A stretch of 64,000 bases of DNA from an uncultured Gemmatimonadales bacterium. Lineage in GTDB: Bacteria; Gemmatimonadota; Gemmatimonadetes; Longimicrobiales; RSA9. The DNA lies in the NCBI GenBank assembly GCA_963708135.1, contig OY970192.1, positions 992,001 through 1,056,000 of the forward strand. Direction: 5' to 3'. Both the position numbers and the translations under genes were made by a program. Each line of letters begins with the position of its first letter. Within the stretch, counting starts at the first letter, position 1. The notes under the pieces are model-generated. The model saw only the letters and a program-made list of their open reading frames with translations, was not told the DNA's origin and searched no databases. Positions 58,896 through 64,000 of the stretch are shown here, piece after piece.

Positions 58896-61800
58896 GCCCG
58901 GGCACGAGTACTCTCTGGAACGCGGTCCGCACCGCCCGGCGGCGGGTGCGGCGCGATGGCGTGCTGGCCGCCGTCCTGCTGGTGGCGGCGCTGGCGCCGC
59001 TGGTGCTCGCGGTGGGCTGGGCGTTGGGTGGCCTGCCGGCGTGGGTGGCGCCGAGCCCGGCGCCGCTGCTGCTGGAGGTGCTCGCCGGCGCGGCCGCGGT
59101 GGGTGGAGCGGCGTGGGCGTTCCGCCACTGGATCCGGGCGTTCGACGATGCGGGCGCGGCGGCCGCCGCGGAATCCACGCTCGGACTGCCGCAGGGCGCG
59201 GTGCGGGGCGTGCTGGAGCTCAGCCGCGCGGTCCCGGAGGGGACGTCGGCGGCGCTCTACCAGCACGCGGAGGCGGACGTCGCGCGGCGCATGGCGGCCA
59301 CGTCGCCGGAGCTGCTGGTGGGAGAGGCGGGGGCGCGGGCGCGGCGGCGTCGCACGCGCAGCGTGCTGGCGTTCAGCGGCGCCGTGGCGCTGGCGGCGGC
59401 GCTCGGCTTCTCCTCGCCGACACGGTCGCGGGCGGGCTGGCAGCCGCTGCTTCATCCGGTGGCCAACCTGCGGCCGCCGCCGCTGCCGCCGATGGTGGTG
59501 CGCCCCGGCGACGCCCGGGTCGCGCGCGGCACGGCGCTCGACGTACGGATCGAGGCGCCGCGGCGGGACGCGGTGGTGCTGCACTGGCGCGCCGCGGGCA
59601 ATGTAGCGCGCGAGCGGAGGGTCGATCTGCGGAGCGGCGTCGGCGCGACGAAGCTCGCGAGCATCGAGGCACGACTCAGCTACTGGGTCACGAGCCCGGA
59701 CGGCACGGAGAGCGAGCACTACACGGTGACACCCGTGGATCCGCTGCTGCTGTCGGACCTGAAGGTGGACGTGGTCTACCCGTCGTACCTGGCGCGGACG
59801 CCGGAGCGGTTCGAGGGGGAGTTGCCTCCGCTCGAGATTCCGGCCGGCACCGAGCTGGTCGTGCGGGGACGCGCGACGCGGGATCTGTCGGCGGCCACGC
59901 TGGACGGGCCTCCGGGCGGGCAGAGGATCGGCTTCAGCGTGGCGGCGAGCGGGTTCGCGGGCCGGTGGCGGCCGCGGGCGAGCGGCACCTATCGCTGGCG
60001 GCTCGAGGACCGGGCCGGCGGCGGTGCCTCGGACGTGGCGGCGCCACTCGAGGTCACGGTCCTGCCGGACAGCGTGCCGCACGTGGAAGTGGTGGTGCCG
60101 GCGGCGGACACGACGCTGGGCGAGGACATGACGCAGGGGGTGGCGGCGAGCGCGTGGGACGACCACGGCCTGCGCTCCGCCACGCTGGTCAGCTGGCGCA
60201 GCAGCGCGCTCGGCGGGCAGGACGCGAAGGTAGAGCAGGCGCTGCCGCTGACGGGCGTGGAGGACCGGCTCGCGCTCCAGGCGCTGCTGGACGCGAGCGA
60301 CCGGCACCTGCTGCCGGGCGACACGCTGCGCTTCTTCATCCGGGTCGTGGACAACTCGCCGGCCCGACAGGTGGGGGTCTCGCGTACGGTGTCGCTGCGC
60401 CTGCCCGGCATGGACGAGATCCGGCAGCAGGCGGACGAGGCGGCGCAGTCGATGGTGCGCGACGCGACCTCGCTCGCGGAGTCCGCGAAGGCGGTGCAGG
60501 AGGCGACGCGGGACCTGGCGCGGCAGTCGGCGTCGAGCAACACGCGCAGCAGCGGTCACGACGGCAGCCCGGGCCGGCCGCAGAGTGGGGGCGGCCCCGG
60601 CTCGCTGGACTACGACCGCGCGCAGAAGGCCAACCAGGTGCTGGACCAGCAGCAGGCAATGGTAGACCAGGTCGAGAAGCTGCAGAAGCGGACGGAGGAG
60701 CTCCGGAACGCGATGGAGGCGGCGGGGCTCCAGGATCCGGAACTCCAGAAGCGGCTGGACGAGCTGGAGAAGCTGTATCAGCAGATCCTCACGCCCGAGC
60801 TGCGCCAGAAGCTGCAGGCGCTGCAGCAGGCGCTGCAGCAGATGGACGCGCAGAAGGTGCAGCAGGCGCTCGAGCAGCTGGCGCAGGACCAGAAGCAGTT
60901 CCAGGACAAGCTGGAGCAGAGTCTGGCGCTGCTGCGGCGGGCGGCGGCCGAGCAGCAGATGAACTCGCTGGCGCAGCAGGCGCGGGAGCTGTCGCGCCAG
61001 CAAGAGGCGCTGGCGCAGCAGCTGAAGAGCGGTGATCCGAGACCGGACTCCTCTCCCGAGCCGTCCGCCGAGAAGCCGGAGCAGCAGCCGGATTCGGCCC
61101 GCGCGCAGGAAGGGCCGAAGCCTCCCGTCGGGCTCAAGCTGCCGATCCCGGGCCGGCAGAAGACCGAGGGCGGGGCGGCGCGCAAGCAGGGCGACGAGGG
61201 TGGGGATCAGAAGAGCGGGGCTCAGAAGAACGGCCAGGGCAGGAACGCCCGGGGCGAGTCGAAGTCGCAGGGGAAGCAGGAGGCGCAGGGGGAGCGGAAG
61301 GACGCGGCGTCAGCCGGGAAGCGGCAGGGCGATCTGGCGGCGCGAGCCGACTCGCTGCGGCAGGCGATCGAGCAGCTCGAGCAGCAGCTCTCGCAGCAGG
61401 GCGAGCAGGAGGCCGCGAAGCGGACGGACGATGCGGGCAGGCAGACGGGCTCGGCGCAGCAGGCCATGGCGCAGGCCGCGCGCGAGGCGGGGCAGCGGCC
61501 GGACCAGGCGGCCAGGTCGGGGGAGGAGGGGGCGCAGCAGCTCTCCCAGGCGGCGGAGACGCTGGACCAGACGCGGCAGGCAATGTCGGACTCGTGGAAG
61601 CAGGAGGTCCAGCAGGCGGTGCAGCAGGCCACCAACGAAGCGGTCTCGCTGGCGCAGCGGCAGGCGACGCTGGCGAAGCGGATGAAGGAGCAGCAGCAGA
61701 AGGGCGACTCGTCGCAGGACGGGCAGGGCGAGGAGCATCGTCGGACGGAGTCGGCGCAGCTGCCGAAGCCGCCGCAGCTCGGGCAGCAGCAGGGCCAGGG

Positions 61801-62890
61801 GGGCGGAAAGCAGGGCGGCAAGCCGCAGCAGAACCAATCCGGAGGCAAGCAGGGCGGGCAGGTGCAGAGCGCGCAGGAGGGCGGGCAGTCCGGCGGTGGG
61901 CACTCCGGGAGCCAGGGCCAGCAGCCGAACGGCGGCGGCCAGGGTGGAGGGGGCGGGAGTGCGGGCGGGCAGTCGAGCGCGCCGCAGAGCCCGGCCGAGA
62001 TGCGCTCGGAGCAGGAGGCGCTGAAGCAGGGCCTGGAGACGCTGGGGCGGAACCTCTCGGAGGCGGGGCAGCGCTCGGCGATGATGAACCGCGAGGTCGG
62101 AGCGGCGCTTGGGCGGGCCATGCTGAACATGCAGCAGACGCTGCAGGGCATGGAGCAGAAGGCACCGGGCGGTCAGCAGCTGCCGGTCGAGCAGGCGCAG
62201 CAGACGGTGGACGCGCTGAACCGGCTCGCGCTGGCGCTGGCCACGAACAACCAGCAGATCGCGCAGTCGCAGTCGGGCACGGGGATGCAGCAGGCGCTCG
62301 AGCAGCTCTCGGAGCTGGCGAAGCAGCAGGGCGGGCTGAACGGGCAGACGAGCTCGCTCATGCCGCTCAACCTCGGGCGCCAGACGATGTCGCAGCAGCT
62401 GCAGCAGCTGGCGCAGCAGCAGCGCGCGATTGCCAAGAAGCTGGGTGGGATGCAGAACATGGGCGGGCAGGAGGACCTGCTCGGCCGGGTTGACAAGATG
62501 GCGCACGACGCCGACCAGCTGGCGCAGGACCTCAGTGGCGGGCGGCTGACGCCGGAGATCCTGCAGCGGCAGGAGAAGCTGTTCCACCGGCTGCTCGACG
62601 CGGGCCGCACGCTCGAGCGCGACGAGGTGAGCAACAAGCGGGTGGCCGAGCGGCCGGGCGACGTGGGCGCGTCGGCCGGCAAGGCGCTCGATCCGGCGCT
62701 CCTGCGGGGCGGGCTGCGCTACCCGCTGCCGTCGGCGGCGGAGCTGCAGGCGCTTCCGCCCGCCTACCGGCGGCTGATCCTGGAGTACTTCGACCGGCTC
62801 AACCGCGCGTCGGCGCCGGACTCCACGCCGGCGGGCGGGCAGGCCGCGCCGGAGCCGCCCGCCGCCGCGTCGCCGAAGGAGCGTCCGTGA
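58892..62890 (+). CDS. DUF4175-like large membrane-anchored coiled-coil protein
   Basis: Three N-terminal TMs, beta-rich repeats, long Gln-rich coiled coils, C-terminal LPPAYRRLILEYF. Confidence 0.8.
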   Translation: MSPGTSTLWNAVRTARRRVRRDGVLAAVLLVAALAPLVLAVGWALGGLPAWVAPSPAPLLLEVLAGAAAVGGAAWAFRHWIRAFDDAGAAAAAESTLGLPQGAVRGVLELSRAVPEGTSAALYQHAEADVARRMAATSPELLVGEAGARARRRRTRSVLAFSGAVALAAALGFSSPTRSRAGWQPLLHPVANLRPPPLPPMVVRPGDARVARGTALDVRIEAPRRDAVVLHWRAAGNVARERRVDLRSGVGATKLASIEARLSYWVTSPDGTESEHYTVTPVDPLLLSDLKVDVVYPSYLARTPERFEGELPPLEIPAGTELVVRGRATRDLSAATLDGPPGGQRIGFSVAASGFAGRWRPRASGTYRWRLEDRAGGGASDVAAPLEVTVLPDSVPHVEVVVPAADTTLGEDMTQGVAASAWDDHGLRSATLVSWRSSALGGQDAKVEQALPLTGVEDRLALQALLDASDRHLLPGDTLRFFIRVVDNSPARQVGVSRTVSLRLPGMDEIRQQADEAAQSMVRDATSLAESAKAVQEATRDLARQSASSNTRSSGHDGSPGRPQSGGGPGSLDYDRAQKANQVLDQQQAMVDQVEKLQKRTEELRNAMEAAGLQDPELQKRLDELEKLYQQILTPELRQKLQALQQALQQMDAQKVQQALEQLAQDQKQFQDKLEQSLALLRRAAAEQQMNSLAQQARELSRQQEALAQQLKSGDPRPDSSPEPSAEKPEQQPDSARAQEGPKPPVGLKLPIPGRQKTEGGAARKQGDEGGDQKSGAQKNGQGRNARGESKSQGKQEAQGERKDAASAGKRQGDLAARADSLRQAIEQLEQQLSQQGEQEAAKRTDDAGRQTGSAQQAMAQAAREAGQRPDQAARSGEEGAQQLSQAAETLDQTRQAMSDSWKQEVQQAVQQATNEAVSLAQRQATLAKRMKEQQQKGDSSQDGQGEEHRRTESAQLPKPPQLGQQQGQGGGKQGGKPQQNQSGGKQGGQVQSAQEGGQSGGGHSGSQGQQPNGGGQGGGGGSAGGQSSAPQSPAEMRSEQEALKQGLETLGRNLSEAGQRSAMMNREVGAALGRAMLNMQQTLQGMEQKAPGGQQLPVEQAQQTVDALNRLALALATNNQQIAQSQSGTGMQQALEQLSELAKQQGGLNGQTSSLMPLNLGRQTMSQQLQQLAQQQRAIAKKLGGMQNMGGQEDLLGRVDKMAHDADQLAQDLSGGRLTPEILQRQEKLFHRLLDAGRTLERDEVSNKRVAERPGDVGASAGKALDPALLRGGLRYPLPSAAELQALPPAYRRLILEYFDRLNRASAPDSTPAGGQAAPEPPAAASPKERP

Positions 62891-64000
62891 GGCTGGCGGT
62901 CGCGCCGCGCTCGGCCGGGCTAGCCCTGCTGCTGACGCTGGCCGCGGGGGCAGGGGCATCCTCGGCCGCACAGCAGGGAGGCACCGAGTTGACGCGGGCG
63001 ATGCAGGAGATCCAGCTGCTCCGGCAGGAAGAGCAGCTGGAGTCGAGCGGCCAGTTCGCGGCGGCGGAGCAGGTGCTCCGGCAGATCCTCGACCGGAACC
63101 CCGGCTCGCTCAGCGCTCTGATCGCGCTCGACCGGCTGCTGCGGATCCAGCGTCGTTCAGAGGACGTGATCCCGGCCATCCGCGCGATGCTGGCCATCGA
63201 CCGGACGTCGCCGATCGCGAACCAGATGCTGGTCCGGACGTACTCGTTCCTGAACAAGCCGGACTCCGTGCAGGTGGCGGGGGACGCCTGGATCGAGGCC
63301 ACGCCGGGGCTGGAGACGCCCTACCGCGAGGTGGCGCGGGTGTGGGAGCAGCGCGGAGAGTACGCGCGGGCCGCCCAGGTGCTGGAGCGCGGGCGCAAGC
63401 GGCTGAAGCGGCCGGACGCGCTCGCACTGGAGCTCGGCGATGCCTACGCGCTGCAGGGCGATGATGCGCGCGCGGCGCACGAGTGGCAGGCGGCGGTCGG
63501 GGAGGATGGGCGCGGCTTCATGCTCGTGCAGCGGCGGATCGCGGGCCTTCCCGATGGCGGCGCGAACGTCCTGCCGGGGCTCATCGACCTGCTCATGAAG
63601 AAGCCGACGTCGCCGGCGCGGCAGCGGGCGGCGGCGAGCCTGGCGATGGATGCGGGGCTCGAGCCGCGGGCCACGGCGATCGCGCGGGAGGTGGCCGGCA
63701 CACTCGATCAGCGCGCACGCGGCGGCTTCCTCATCGAAGTCGCGCGTAAGGCGGACGGCGCGGGGCTCCAGCGGCTGGCCTACTGGGCCTATGGCCAGCT
63801 GGCGCAGGCGGGCGGCCCGCCGGAGCGGCTGCTGGCGATCCGGAGCCGGGTCGCGGAGCTGGCGCTCGCGCTGGGCGACACCGCGCGGGCGGCGCAGAGC
63901 TATCAGGCGCTGGAGAAGGAATCGGCGGCCGGCTCGCCGCAGCGCCGGCAGGCGATGGCGCTACGCATCGAGCTCGCGGCACACGCCGGCAAGGCGGATG
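62887..64000 (+). CDS. exported TPR-like repeat protein (3' end outside window; absent from ORF track)
   Basis: GTGA overlap with upstream stop; signal peptide; helical repeats (GQFAAAEQVLRQILDRNP, GEYARAAQVLERG). Confidence 0.8.
   Translation, partial: MRLAVAPRSAGLALLLTLAAGAGASSAAQQGGTELTRAMQEIQLLRQEEQLESSGQFAAAEQVLRQILDRNPGSLSALIALDRLLRIQRRSEDVIPAIRAMLAIDRTSPIANQMLVRTYSFLNKPDSVQVAGDAWIEATPGLETPYREVARVWEQRGEYARAAQVLERGRKRLKRPDALALELGDAYALQGDDARAAHEWQAAVGEDGRGFMLVQRRIAGLPDGGANVLPGLIDLLMKKPTSPARQRAAASLAMDAGLEPRATAIAREVAGTLDQRARGGFLIEVARKADGAGLQRLAYWAYGQLAQAGGPPERLLAIRSRVAELALALGDTARAAQSYQALEKESAAGSPQRRQAMALRIELAAHAGKAD

Noticed and set aside
60600..62600. CAG-rich repetitive DNA as a repeat array or CRISPR
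   Set aside because: It is Gln-rich coding sequence without constant repeats and unique spacers.
6815..62971. Many long antisense ORFs (e.g. 6815-9307, 27449-30343, 35177-37879, 40386-42866)
   Set aside because: They mirror well-identified genes; stop codons are scarce at this GC content; no motifs.
1..64000. tRNA (including tRNA-Sec), rRNA, sel genes, prophage or defence genes
   Set aside because: None recognised; spacers are short and show no cloverleaf. The Sec machinery would have to lie outside this window.

Overview
GC-rich bacterial chromosome segment made up mostly of housekeeping genes; gene content and order suggest Gemmatimonadota (inference). Order: dxr-rseP; reverse block (MBL hydrolase, GlmU-like, manC, receiver-only regulator); lipoprotein-serS-histidine kinase-pcrA-gatCAB; reverse operon (PII-like, cation/H+ antiporter, frameshifted nitrilase, broken degenerate NadE-like gene, DUF948, YtxH, Zn-dependent PLC family); murA with an IS630 in its stop codon; phasin-like-pgeF-Cys4 miniprotein-OsmC-like; rimP-nusA-L7Ae-infB-DUF503-rbfA-truB-ribF-rpsO-pnp-M16-ald-dut; mreBCD-mrdA-rodA-accD-folC-hisS-proS-lysA-guaA; clpB; mce/trxA/rsmI; DUF4159-DUF4175-like-TPR. 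The strongest hidden signal is an OsmC-like gene (24513-24977) that the ORF track splits in two. It has an in-frame TGA at the catalytic Cys position followed by a SECIS-like hairpin, so it is a probable selenoprotein, and it is coupled to an unannotated four-Cys miniprotein. Other signals: a doubly lesioned nitrilase/pseudo-NadE pair, a Cys-to-Asp MurA, sigma54-type promoters at clpB and at an orphan small gene, and a probable CTG start for pcrA. No rRNA, tRNA or CRISPR array was seen. Family assignments come from motif recognition, not database searches.
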